64,000 bases of DNA from positions 1,536,001 through 1,600,000 of the forward strand of contig CBDCKW010000009.1 in the NCBI GenBank assembly GCA_965218435.1, in the 5' to 3' direction. The stretch comes from Truepera sp. GTDB taxonomy: Bacteria; Deinococcota; Deinococci; Deinococcales; Trueperaceae. Positions 8,979 to 18,496 of the stretch are shown here, piece after piece. Within the stretch, counting starts at the first letter, position 1; each line of letters starts with the position of its first letter. The translations under genes were made by a program, and so were the position numbers. The notes below the pieces were generated by a model. It ran no database searches and had not been told where the DNA came from. It saw only the letters and a list, made by a program, of their open reading frames with translations.

Positions 8979-10322
8979 CTACGGATTTGCGGGCGTGGGC
9001 CAGGGGCTGTTATACCCTTCGGGCGCGCCGCCCGCCGCGTCGAGCGCACGTTGGCCCTCGGCTTCGACCTCGGCAAGAATCTGCTCGACCGTTGCGTCGG
9101 TGTAGCTGCCGTCAATGATAGCGGCGTAGACGCGCGTCACGACCTCGGGAATGGTATCTTGAACGTCGCTCCAAGCCGGGTGGACGGGGAAGGTGCGGCC
9201 GACTTCGGTGGCCCTAGCCAGGGTCGTCCACAACTCGGGGTTGTTCTCGGGGGCGCTGTCCGCGAAGGTCGCCCGGACGACGGGGACGTGGCTGCCTAAG
9301 TTGGTGTTCAGTGCCTGGACGTCGGGTCGTTCCAAAAACGCGATCAGCTTGAGACTCGCGTCCGGCTGAGCGCCGCCCTCGAACACCATGAGGTTGGAGC
9401 CGCCCACGAAGTTCGACTGACAACGGCCGGCGGGCTCGAGCGCAAAGCCGAGCTTGTCTTTCATGGCCGTTATCTGTTCGGGTGTCGCCACACGGTTATA
9501 GTCCGAACCGAAGTACAAGGTAGCGATATTGCCGTCCCAAAAGCGGGGCAGCACGTCGTCGTAGGTCCACTCGGCGTTCTGCGGGGCCGCCACCCCGGTT
9601 TTAGCGACGAGGTCGGCGAAGAACTTTACTGCTTCAACGACTTCGGGCGCGGTCCAGGTAACTTTCGTCCCGTCGGGCGAGAGGATGTCGCCGCAATTTT
9701 GCCAGATAAACTCGCCCAGGTAGTGCCCGAAATCCTGACCCGGCAAGCCCATGACTGAGTCGAGTTCGGGGTGGGCGGCCTTAATTTTGACCCCACCGTC
9801 AACCAGGTCTTGCCAGGTTTTGGGGCCTTCCGGGTAGCCCACTTCGCCCCACAGGTCTTTGCGGTAGATGAGGATGCGGGGATCGCTAAACCAGGGTGCC
9901 GAGTAGGCTTTCCCGGCGTAGCCGACGGTTTGCAGGGCGGAGGCAAAAAAGGTGTCGCGGGCCGGAAGGCTGCCTCCGTAGTCGCTCGTCAGCTCGACAA
10001 AGCCGCCGGTCGCCTGAAAACCGGGCACGCGGGTGGTACCCACTTGCGTCACGTCCGGGCCTTGACCCGACATCACGGCCGTCGAGATGCGCTGCACGGC
10101 GTCACCCCAAGGCACGAACTCGTATTCGACGCTCATGCCGGTCTCTTTTTGAAACATGGGCAAAACGGTGTCTAAATAGCTGACGTCGCTCTCTGAGCCG
10201 CTGCCCATGACCCACAGGCTCAAGGAGTTGGCAGCTTGGGCGTTTACTTGCGTGTAGAGAACCAGTGCCAGGGCTGCGAGTACGGTTTTGACGCTCTTTC
10301 GGGTTGACGGTTTGGAGTTCAT
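8979..10322 (-). CDS. Carbohydrate ABC transporter substrate-binding protein
   Basis: Signal peptide (AQA), GPDVTQVGTT, YRKDL, PKTWQDL and GGSNL motifs; GGAGG RBS. Confidence 0.9.
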   Translation of the reverse strand: MNSKPSTRKSVKTVLAALALVLYTQVNAQAANSLSLWVMGSGSESDVSYLDTVLPMFQKETGMSVEYEFVPWGDAVQRISTAVMSGQGPDVTQVGTTRVPGFQATGGFVELTSDYGGSLPARDTFFASALQTVGYAGKAYSAPWFSDPRILIYRKDLWGEVGYPEGPKTWQDLVDGGVKIKAAHPELDSVMGLPGQDFGHYLGEFIWQNCGDILSPDGTKVTWTAPEVVEAVKFFADLVAKTGVAAPQNAEWTYDDVLPRFWDGNIATLYFGSDYNRVATPEQITAMKDKLGFALEPAGRCQSNFVGGSNLMVFEGGAQPDASLKLIAFLERPDVQALNTNLGSHVPVVRATFADSAPENNPELWTTLARATEVGRTFPVHPAWSDVQDTIPEVVTRVYAAIIDGSYTDATVEQILAEVEAEGQRALDAAGGAPEGYNSPWPTPANP

Positions 10323-10386
10323 CCTAGCCTCCTTTAAGGCTTTTATCTACCTTGTTGTGGCCCCTTCGGGGGCCGTAGTGACCGGA

Positions 10387-11400
10387 TCACGTGACCGAAT
10401 CACGCACGACGAGTTGCGGCTCAAAACACTGGTTCACCTCCTCACTGCTCATACCGAGAACCTTGAGCGCGAGCTGAGCGGCGGCGACGCCCATCTCGCG
10501 GATGGGTTGGTAAACGGTGGTGAGCGCAGGCCGGAGATAGGGCGCGTTCGAGGCGTCGTCGTAGCCGACGACCGACACATCCTCGGGTACCCTGAGACCT
10601 TCGCTGCGGAAGCGCTCGAGCACGCCCTCGGCCATGCGGTCGTTCGCCACGAACAGGCCGCCCTGCGAGAAACCCCGTGCGAGCAGCGTGCCTGCCGCCG
10701 CGAAGCCGCCCTGCTTGCTAAAATCCCCCTCGACGATGAGGTTTGAGACGCCCAGCCCCGCGTCGCTGAGGGCTTGCCGGTAGCCCGTAAGCCGGTCGCG
10801 GGCGGCGCGGTGGCCCAGGGGACCCGAAATGTGCGCGACCCGGCGGTGGCCGTGCTCGAGCAGGTGCCGGGTCGCCAAGCTGCCGCCCAAAACGTCGTCG
10901 AGCGTGACGCAGCGGGGCTCTAAGCCGGGTACCCTGTGACCGACCACGATGATGGGCCGGTCGGCACGGCTGAGTTCGACCAGGCTTTCGTCGGAGGTCG
11001 CGCTCAAGCTGACGATGAGGGCGTCGCAGTGGCGCTCGAGCAAAAACTCAGTGGCGGCGCGCTCACTGTCCGCTTCTCCGCGGCCGCTCGAGACCATCAG
11101 GTGCATCCCCGCGTCGCCCATCACGCTCTCAATACCGCTCAGCAGCCTGCCGTTAAAGGAATTATGAAGCGCCTTAACAACCACGCCGACGCCGCCGCTA
11201 CGGTTGACGCGCAGGCCGCGCGCCAGCAAGTTGGGTTTGTAATCTAGCGCCGCGACTGCGGCCAACACGCGCTTTCTGGCCTCTTTACCGACGCGCGTGC
11301 TGCCCTCGGCTCGGCCGCTTAAGACGATGGAGACGACCGCCGGTGAAACCCCGGCGAGCCGGGCCACATCAACCTGACGGGGCCTAACTCGGCTGCTCAC
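10387..11400 (-). CDS. LacI-family transcriptional regulator
   Basis: DVARLAGVSPAVVS HTH, YKPNLLARGL hinge, VPEDVSVVGYDD, LTTVYQP. Confidence 0.93.
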   Translation of the reverse strand: MSSRVRPRQVDVARLAGVSPAVVSIVLSGRAEGSTRVGKEARKRVLAAVAALDYKPNLLARGLRVNRSGGVGVVVKALHNSFNGRLLSGIESVMGDAGMHLMVSSGRGEADSERAATEFLLERHCDALIVSLSATSDESLVELSRADRPIIVVGHRVPGLEPRCVTLDDVLGGSLATRHLLEHGHRRVAHISGPLGHRAARDRLTGYRQALSDAGLGVSNLIVEGDFSKQGGFAAAGTLLARGFSQGGLFVANDRMAEGVLERFRSEGLRVPEDVSVVGYDDASNAPYLRPALTTVYQPIREMGVAAAQLALKVLGMSSEEVNQCFEPQLVVRDSVT

Positions 11401-11475
11401 CTTTTTTTCACCAAAGCACCTCTTTTTTCACTAGAGCACCTCAGTCTCTGCAGCACTTCTTCTGTCCGAGGATGA

Positions 11476-11530
11476 TTAAACGATTAACTAGAGTGGTCCG
11501 AGTCTAACGGTTGGGTGAGAATTTTGTCAA
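11476..11530 (-). promoter_or_regulatory. Sigma70-type promoter with a LacI-like operator for the catabolic operon
   Basis: Minus-strand TTGACA (11530-11525), 18-nt spacer, TAGACT (11506-11501). Near-palindrome TTAAACGATTAA (11476-11487) with central CG lies just downstream. Confidence 0.6.
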
Positions 11531-11836
11531 GTACCTGGTTAGGTGGCGCTTCTGCAAATTATTAAATTTTCTGCAAAGTAATGAGAAAAACGGCTACGTT
11601 TTTCGTTCAAGACAAGACGGCTAGGCCCTTAAGCCTCGCAAGCAGATTCTTGCTGTACAGCACGCTATAAAACATACTTTTGCGGGTTTATTACGCAGAA
11701 CATTTAGTGTGAATAAGGAGTCGCACCAATTGTAAAACAAACCGGGAAGGTGTTGCAAAGGATGTGCGGGACGGGAAAACTGATAAATTGAGGGCGACAG
11801 TTAAAACTCATTTAGGTTGGGTATTTGTTAGCTGTA

Positions 11837-12079
11837 CGCTGCGCCGGCTCCGGCGAAAAGCAGCGGTCGGGCGACCGGATAACCTTGGCGGTGGTCATAA
11901 CGTCTCCTATTCCAGACAAGTAACCTGCGCCGCTAGGGTCCCTGCCGGGGCCAGGGAACACAGCGTGTGACCTCGGGGAAAAGTACCACGTCAGTACACC
12001 CCTCGAGAACAAAGGGCGTGACGTCTCCTGCCAGGTACCGACAGGCAACCGCAAGGGTTTTACCAGTGACGCACACATC
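11837..12079 (-). pseudogene. Degenerate direct copy of 1058-1303 (PRTase 3' end, intergenic, uxaC 5' end)
   Basis: Aligns by eye with one 3-bp deletion. Encodes DVCVTGKTLAVACRYLAG-DVTPFVLEGCTDVVLFPEVTRCVPWPRQGP* and MTTAKVIRSPDRCFSPEPAQR. Confidence 0.88.
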
Positions 12080-12253
12080 GGTAACGGCTCTAGAACCCAG
12101 CTTAATGGCCCTTTAGCTCGGCCAAATCCTTCTAACTTCCAAGTAACTGCAAGCCTAACGTTCACCAGCTGCCTACAGCTGGCTGACCGACGTCTTCGGC
12201 TCGTTGTGAAACGGGTTGGCGTATAAACCGGTTAAGGATCGTCTCAGCGCCTT

Positions 12254-12715
12254 CTACCAACCAGCGCCAAGGAGCCGCCGCGTGTTCTCATCGGGTTGAC
12301 CCCCGCACCAGCGGCCCAGCGCACGCTGAAACAGGTCATCGCCAGGGGCAGCCAAGCTAAAAAGGGTCACCGAAGAGCAAAACTTTAGGTCGTCCGGCGA
12401 GCCGAACAGCTCGCGCAACGAAGCCGTGCGGCTCGCCAAGACAGCCTCGGTGCAGCGCACCAAACGTGGGCCGAGCAGCGGGTGCTCCAAATAAGCCTGC
12501 GCCTCATCAAGCGAGGCGATTCCGTAAAACTGAGCGGTGGCAGAGTGGCCCAAGCCCCTCAGTTGCGGAAAGACGAACCACATCCAGTGACTCTGCTTGT
12601 GCCCGCCCTCGAGCTCTCTAAGCACTGTGTCAAATACGGGAGCCTGAGCCGTAACAAAGCGTTCCAGGTTAAATGAGTCGGTGTTAGAATTGGGGTTAAA
12701 GGAGTCGGTCGGCAT
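12254..12715 (-). CDS. DUF1810 family protein
   Basis: LERFVTAQ, KQSHWMWFVFPQLRGLG, YLEHPLLGPRL, FGSPDDLKF; start at ATG 12715 behind GGAGAGG. Confidence 0.88.
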   Translation of the reverse strand: MPTDSFNPNSNTDSFNLERFVTAQAPVFDTVLRELEGGHKQSHWMWFVFPQLRGLGHSATAQFYGIASLDEAQAYLEHPLLGPRLVRCTEAVLASRTASLRELFGSPDDLKFCSSVTLFSLAAPGDDLFQRALGRWCGGQPDENTRRLLGAGW

Positions 12716-12848
12716 AGTGGGCGTCCTCTCCAGCTGACTGTAGCTCGTTACTGAAGACGGCAACTTCGGCAAACTCTACACTTCAGTTTAGCGGAGGTTG
12801 ACTTCAGGCCGGGTCGGTACAGCCGGACGTGCTATTTTAGGCTGCAGT

Positions 12849-13622
12849 ATGCCCACCGAAACAGAAATTGACCTCAACGCCGACAGCGGCGAATCGTTCG
12901 GTGCGTGGCGGCTGGGCCACGATGACGAACTCGTGCCGCTGCTCAGCTCGGTCAATCTGGCCTGCGGGTTTCATGCAGGCGACCCAAAGACGATGCAGAA
13001 AAGCGTCGCCTTAGCAGTTAAAAACGGGGTAGCTGTCGGCGCACATCCGGGATTTCCCGACCTGCCGGGTTTCGGCCGCCGTGAGCTGGCCGCGTCTCCC
13101 GAAGAGGTTTACGCCGACGTCCTCTATCAAGTGGGTGCGCTCAGCGCGTTTTTACGTCTTTACGGGCGGACCCTGCATCACGTCAAGGCGCACGGGGCGC
13201 TCTATCTCAAAATGCTCGTAGACGCGCCGACAGCGGCGGCGGTAGCGGCAGCCGTCAGCGATTTTGACCCGGCGTTGCCGCTCGTGGTGCTCGCCGGACC
13301 GGGGGGCGAACTGATGGCGGACGCTGCGCGCGCGGCAGGGCTGCGGGCGGTGCTCGAGGCGTTCCCTGACCGCGGCTACTTGGATGATGGTCGGCTCGCG
13401 CCGCGCTCGGAACCGGGAGCCGTGATTCACGACCCGCTCGAGGTCGCCGCGCGTGCGCTTACGGTGGCCCGTGACGGCGTGGTGACCTCACTTTCGGGTA
13501 AACGCCTCGAGCTGAGCGCACAGACGCTTTGCCTGCACGGTGACGCGCCGCACGCGCCCGCCGCCGCCAAAGCGGTAAGGCGAGCCCTGAGCGACGCAAG
13601 TATCACCGTGCAGGCTTTTTGA
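12849..13622 (+). CDS. pxpA: 5-oxoprolinase subunit A (LamB/YcsF)
   Basis: IDLNADSGESFG, NLACGFHAGDP, GAHPGFPD, HVKAHGALY, TLCLHGD. Confidence 0.92.
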   Translation: MPTETEIDLNADSGESFGAWRLGHDDELVPLLSSVNLACGFHAGDPKTMQKSVALAVKNGVAVGAHPGFPDLPGFGRRELAASPEEVYADVLYQVGALSAFLRLYGRTLHHVKAHGALYLKMLVDAPTAAAVAAAVSDFDPALPLVVLAGPGGELMADAARAAGLRAVLEAFPDRGYLDDGRLAPRSEPGAVIHDPLEVAARALTVARDGVVTSLSGKRLELSAQTLCLHGDAPHAPAAAKAVRRALSDASITVQAF

Positions 13623-13632
13623 AACTTTACTG

Positions 13633-15132
13633 ATGCTGGCCGGATTCTATCTGCGGTTTGGAACCACGCTCGACGAGTCGGTCAACCGGCGTCTTCAGGG
13701 TCTGGCGCAGGCAATCCTCCGCGCGCCGCACCCAGCCCTGACCGACGTCATCCCCGGTTACAGCACGCTGTACCTCGAGTACGACCGCACCCGGCTCAGC
13801 GAGACCAGCTTACGGCGTTGGTTGGAAAAGCTGGGTGAAACCGAGCCCGCTCCGGGGCGGCAGCTCGTCATCCCGGTCTATTATGATGGCCCCGACTTAC
13901 ACGAAGTGGCTGAGCGCACCGGCCTCAGCGTAGCCGACATGGTCGCCCGCCACAGCGCCCGCGAGTATCACGTCTACGCCCTCGGCTTTACGCCGGGGCT
14001 CGCGTTTATGGGTGAGTTAGAGACAGCCTTACACCTCCCGCGCCGCGCCGCGCTACGTGCTCATGTCCCTGCGCAAAGCGTCGCCGTCGCCAACGCTCAG
14101 ACAACCGTCTATCCGGTCTCGTCGCCGGGGGGTTGGCACTTGCTGGGGCGGACGACCGAACCAGTTTATAACCCGACCGCGCAAGACCCTTTTTTGTTTC
14201 GTGCGGGTGACCGGGTACGGTTTCAGCCCGTTCCTGACGAGCCCGCCGAAGTGCCCACCGAAGTAGCCGGAGCGGTACTCGAGCTCTTACCTCAAACACC
14301 GCGCTATCCGCTCTTAAAAGTTATTAAACCCGGTTTGCTCGAGCTGGTCGTTGACCGGGGCCGTTTTATGGCTGGACGGTTCGGCTTGGCCCGGAGCGGC
14401 CCCCTCGACGCTGCGGCGGCGGCGCGGGCCAACCGGCTGGTGGGGAACGGTGCAGCTGCGGCGCTCGTTGAAATCAACCTTCAGGGTGGCGTCTACGAGG
14501 CCGTGGCGGACGGCGTGCTAGCTTTTACCGGCGGCGGACTGCAGGCGCAGCTTAGCGGAAAAAAGCTCCCGCCGGACTCGAGTTTTGCCGTTCGCCGGGG
14601 TGAGCTTTTGAGCTTTCGCCCTGTTTCAGCAGGAAGTCGCGGGTATCTGGCGCTGGCCGGGGGGCTCGAGTCCGAATTGTTCCGGGGCAGTGCGTCGGTT
14701 GATCTGCGCGGGCGGATCGGTCGGGCACTCCGCACAGGAGACGTGCTCGGGGCCGTACGCCCTCAGTTTGCCAGAGCGGGACGGACATTTTCACCGTACC
14801 AGATTGGTGAACGGGCCTTACGGCTGCTGCCGGGTCCACAACCCTCGCCAGAGGCACTTTCGGCGCTGACCCGGCAGAGTTTTACCGTCGGCCGCGCCGA
14901 CCGGATGGGGATACAGCTTTTGGGAGGGAATGTTCCCGGCGGCGAAGTTCTCTCCGAGGCGGTGCCGCTCGGCAGCGTGCAGGTGCCCCCGGGCGGCACG
15001 CCGCTGCTGCTCTTAAACGACCGCGGGACGCTGGGCGGTTACGCCAAACCTGCGCTGCTACACCCGGCCGACCTGCCGTGCGCCGCGCAGTTAAGGCCGG
15101 GACAAACGGTTCGGTTTAAGCTAGCCGGATGA
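13633..15132 (+). CDS. pxpBC: Fused 5-oxoprolinase subunits B and C
   Basis: PxpB motifs (YDGPDL, LGFTPG, YPVSSPGGWHLLG) followed by PxpC motifs (DRMGIQL, GSVQVPPGG, GGYAK). Confidence 0.88.
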   Translation: MLAGFYLRFGTTLDESVNRRLQGLAQAILRAPHPALTDVIPGYSTLYLEYDRTRLSETSLRRWLEKLGETEPAPGRQLVIPVYYDGPDLHEVAERTGLSVADMVARHSAREYHVYALGFTPGLAFMGELETALHLPRRAALRAHVPAQSVAVANAQTTVYPVSSPGGWHLLGRTTEPVYNPTAQDPFLFRAGDRVRFQPVPDEPAEVPTEVAGAVLELLPQTPRYPLLKVIKPGLLELVVDRGRFMAGRFGLARSGPLDAAAAARANRLVGNGAAAALVEINLQGGVYEAVADGVLAFTGGGLQAQLSGKKLPPDSSFAVRRGELLSFRPVSAGSRGYLALAGGLESELFRGSASVDLRGRIGRALRTGDVLGAVRPQFARAGRTFSPYQIGERALRLLPGPQPSPEALSALTRQSFTVGRADRMGIQLLGGNVPGGEVLSEAVPLGSVQVPPGGTPLLLLNDRGTLGGYAKPALLHPADLPCAAQLRPGQTVRFKLAG

Positions 15133-15845
15133 AGTTCAATATTCCTATTTATAACGACGCCGGACGCCGCGAGTTAGCCGCCTTAAAAACGTTTTTAAGA
15201 CCGGCGGACACGCTGATGCTCGTTTCCGGGAACGTTGACAAAACGTTAGACGTTGCGTGGCTGCGTGCTGTTATTGCAGAACTCACGGCTGAGTATCCGC
15301 AGCGCATCTTGCTGGCAACCGCGGGGCTGGCGAACGTAAAGCAGCTCGCCGCCGCCGAGCTCGGGGACGCCGGACTCGTCTATATCTACGAACCCGGCTT
15401 CGCCAACGTTCCGGAGTTTTCTTGGGACGCTGGCGTCACGCTCGGTAACCTGGTACGCGCAGCCGACCTCGTTCACGCTCGAGGGTTAGAGGTCGCCTTT
15501 AAGCCCACCGGACGCCCGCTGTTTCAACCGTATCTGCTAAAGCACGGCTGGAACTACGGCGCGTTTGCCGAACACGCTGACTTGTTATTGGTGCAGACGC
15601 AGACCTATTGTCACGCCGGAACCTTTGCCGGGGCTGCTGAAAAGTTAGGGCTCGAGTGTACCCGGCAGCTCAGCAAGACCTACGTCCAAATTACGCTCGA
15701 CCCCGCCGCACGTAACGGCGTCTCCCCCGAGGCTGCGGTGAGCTGCGCCCAAACTGCTGTAAGGTGCGGTTTTGCCGGAATTACAGTGTGGTGGTCGCCG
15801 CGCTTTACCGAGCAAACCGCCGAGTTTTTGAAATTGCGTCCTTAA
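15129..15845 (+). CDS. Hypothetical protein, possible TIM-barrel
   Basis: 238-aa ORF coupled to pxpBC by an ATGA overlap; alternating beta/alpha pattern. Confidence 0.65.
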   Translation: MKFNIPIYNDAGRRELAALKTFLRPADTLMLVSGNVDKTLDVAWLRAVIAELTAEYPQRILLATAGLANVKQLAAAELGDAGLVYIYEPGFANVPEFSWDAGVTLGNLVRAADLVHARGLEVAFKPTGRPLFQPYLLKHGWNYGAFAEHADLLLVQTQTYCHAGTFAGAAEKLGLECTRQLSKTYVQITLDPAARNGVSPEAAVSCAQTAVRCGFAGITVWWSPRFTEQTAEFLKLRP

Positions 15846-16069
15846 CGCTAAGACCTCTCTCTCACCGTTGGGGCCTAGGGGAGTTGTTTACTTTTGCCGC
15901 CACCTATTGAGTTTGGTACGGTCGTCACAGACGCAATCAGGTCGGCGGTAACAAAAGATTATTTTCACGATACCTCTGCTCGTGAAATTTTTAGCTCTTC
16001 GTTATTTTGAGACACCAACAGGGAAGCCGTTCACAGGCCATAATTAGAGGGTTAAGTGAGGGAGACCAA

Positions 16070-16378
16070 ATGGCAGCAACGATTCCAAAACTTCGGCTCA
16101 TCGTAGGTGGGACCTTGATCGAAGGGGCGCAGGTGACGCTCGAGGATTTGCCCCGCGCGGAGCAGGGCGGCGCGGCGGAACTTATGCAGTTTCTGGGCGG
16201 CGCAAAACGCGTCTTTATCTTGCAAAGACCGGTGATCTACGGCGCGGAGCAGGCCAAACCGCGCTATTTAGTCGTTCGGCAAGACCAGATTCAAGCGTGT
16301 GAGTTTATCTTGCCTGAAGTTGCCGAGGCTGAAACCGAAGACCAGATTCGTAATTTTCGCTGGGAGTGGGACGAGTAA
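16070..16378 (+). CDS. Hypothetical protein
   Basis: ATG 16070 behind a GAGGGAG RBS; 102 aa. Confidence 0.6.
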   Translation: MAATIPKLRLIVGGTLIEGAQVTLEDLPRAEQGGAAELMQFLGGAKRVFILQRPVIYGAEQAKPRYLVVRQDQIQACEFILPEVAEAETEDQIRNFRWEWDE

Positions 16379-16615
16379 GGATAGGGCGCGGCCTTAAGCA
16401 CGACTAAGCTGGGCCTTGTTGACGGTTGCTCTGATCACTACGTTTTGAGCGCGTAAGAGACGCTGGCTTCTCAGTCGCCCCAAGTTTCTCAACGCTTCAT
16501 GCTGGCCTTCTTCCACAGGACACACAGCAAACGCCTCCGGCTAAGTTTGAAAGGTCACTGAACGTTGCTGACACCCCGGTTCAGGCTGCAGTTCACTCCG
16601 GTTTGTCTCGTCAGC

Positions 16616-17452
16616 TCACTTGTCCTGCCCGAGCGCGAAGCCCTTGCTAAACTGTTCTTGCAACACGGTAAAAACCAGCACCGGCGGGATAATCGTTAAA
16701 ATCGCCCCGGCCATCACCGCGCCCCAATTGCCCGCCTCGAAGTCAATGAGTTTACTTAGGCCCACCTGAATCACCTGTTTATCGTCGGACTGCATGATCA
16801 CCAGCGGCCACAGATATTGGTCCCAGGCGTAGACGAACTGAATCACAGCGAGCGCCCCAACCGTATTCCAGCTCATCGGAACGAGCACCCTGAACAAAAA
16901 CGTCAGCGGTCCCGAACCATCGATCCGGGCGGCGTCGGCGAGGCTGGAGGGGATGCTCAGGAAGTGTTGCCGGAAGAGCAACACGCCGGTCGCCGAGGCG
17001 AAAAACGGCACGATGATGGCGGCGTAGGAGTCCGACCACCGCAGCGTACCCGACACGAGGTCGAAAAGCGCCACGATGAGGATTTCAGTGGGCAGCGTCA
17101 GGGTAAAGAGCACGGCAGCGAAGAAAAACCCTTTGAGCGGAAAGCGAAAATGCACGAACGCCAGCGCCGCTAACAGCGAGAGCACCGTTTTCCCAACCGT
17201 TACGCTGACGGCGACGATGGTGCTGTTGACCATATAGCGCCCCAACCCTGCACCGACCCAAGCGGCGCGGGCGTTGTCTAAAAAGCTCGAGCCTATACGC
17301 AAGCTCGGGCCGACGACCTGAGCACTCGTCTGCGTGGACTTGAGCAGCGCAAAGATCAGCGGCGAGGCGACGATCAGCACCGCCGTAAGCAAAATAACGT
17401 GCGTCCAAAACCCGCCGCGTTCCCGCCCGGTTGCGTGACGTTTAAGCGCCAT
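16616..17452 (-). CDS. Carbohydrate/glycerol-3-phosphate ABC permease (UgpE-like)
   Basis: LADAARIDGSG loop, FVYAWDQYLWPL. Confidence 0.88.
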   Translation of the reverse strand: MALKRHATGRERGGFWTHVILLTAVLIVASPLIFALLKSTQTSAQVVGPSLRIGSSFLDNARAAWVGAGLGRYMVNSTIVAVSVTVGKTVLSLLAALAFVHFRFPLKGFFFAAVLFTLTLPTEILIVALFDLVSGTLRWSDSYAAIIVPFFASATGVLLFRQHFLSIPSSLADAARIDGSGPLTFLFRVLVPMSWNTVGALAVIQFVYAWDQYLWPLVIMQSDDKQVIQVGLSKLIDFEAGNWGAVMAGAILTIIPPVLVFTVLQEQFSKGFALGQDK

Positions 17453-18416
17453 AATGAACCCGCCGGTTGCCGTACCGAAACTGCAAGCTGACCAGACAGA
17501 TAACCAGTAGGAGCAGCATCACGGCTTGGGTGGCCGCCGCCCCGATATTAAAGTTGCGAAAGCCGTCTTGATAAAGCTGATAGATGAGCAGGGTCGTAAT
17601 CCCCGTTTGCCCGTAGACCGGGCCACCTTTGGTCAAGATGTCAATGAGGCCAAAACTATCAAACAGCGCGGCGATGATATTGGTAAAGACCAAAAAAAAC
17701 GTCATCGGGGACAAGAGCGGCAGGGCGACCCTCGAGAAACTCTGCCAACGCGTCGCGCCGTCAATCTCGGCGGCTTCTAACACTTCGGTCGGCAGGTTCT
17801 GAATCGCGGCCAGATAAAAGACGATGTTGTAACCCAACCCTTTCCAAACGGTTGCCGCTACGACCAGCGCAAACGCTAACAAAGGCTGATCGAGCCAGCG
17901 CGGACGGATACCGAACGTTCCCAGGATATTATTAACGGTGCCGATTTCAGGGTTGAACAAAAAGAGCCACAACGTCCCTGCAACCGCGGGCGATAAGGCG
18001 TAAGGATAGATCAGCAGTAGCCGGTAAAACCGGGCTCCGGGAATCGGTTTGCTGGCGAGCCACGCCAGTCCCAGCGAGAAGATAAGGCCGAGGGTCACGA
18101 CCAGCCCTAAAAATATGAGCGTTTGGACAATGACTTGATGGTACACGGGGCTCGAGAGCAGCGCCCCAAAGTTGGCTAAGCCGACAAACTGTTCGTTGCC
18201 GATCATGATGTTCGCCCGGAACACGCTTAGGCGCAGCGTCCTGACCGCCGGGTAATACGAAAACACGGCAAAAACCAGCAGCGTGGGAAGGAGCAAAAGC
18301 CAAGGTAGCCAGCGGCTCCGAAAGGTGGCGTGTTCTTCGGTCGGTTTAGCCTGACTCACAGCTGCCTGCTGGTGACCGGTTTGGGTCGGTTTTGCGGTCC
18401 GCCTGATAACGCTCAA
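17442..18416 (-). CDS. Carbohydrate/glycerol-3-phosphate ABC permease (UgpA-like)
   Basis: FVGLANF, WKGLGYNIVFYLAAIQ, LEAAEIDGA, C-terminal VHYG. Confidence 0.88.
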   Translation of the reverse strand: MSVIRRTAKPTQTGHQQAAVSQAKPTEEHATFRSRWLPWLLLLPTLLVFAVFSYYPAVRTLRLSVFRANIMIGNEQFVGLANFGALLSSPVYHQVIVQTLIFLGLVVTLGLIFSLGLAWLASKPIPGARFYRLLLIYPYALSPAVAGTLWLFLFNPEIGTVNNILGTFGIRPRWLDQPLLAFALVVAATVWKGLGYNIVFYLAAIQNLPTEVLEAAEIDGATRWQSFSRVALPLLSPMTFFLVFTNIIAALFDSFGLIDILTKGGPVYGQTGITTLLIYQLYQDGFRNFNIGAAATQAVMLLLLVICLVSLQFRYGNRRVHYGA

Positions 18417-18443
18417 GATAAACTCCCGACAGGATAAAGAAGT

Positions 18444-18473
18444 GGGGAACCTCGAGCGTACTCGAGGTTCCCC
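18444..18473 (-). promoter_or_regulatory. 13-bp stem-loop between the binding protein and permease genes
   Basis: ggggaacctcgag-cgta-ctcgaggttcccc. Confidence 0.6.
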
Positions 18474-18496
18474 CTAGCTATAGTCATTTGGTCACG

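Noticed and set aside
8936..9115. N-terminal extension of the fused permease
   Set aside because: It overlaps the binding-protein gene and a hairpin; the GGAGG RBS supports ATG 8935.
11812..12165. 117-aa ORF
   Set aside because: It is a chance frame across the relic duplication; only its tail is uxaC-derived.
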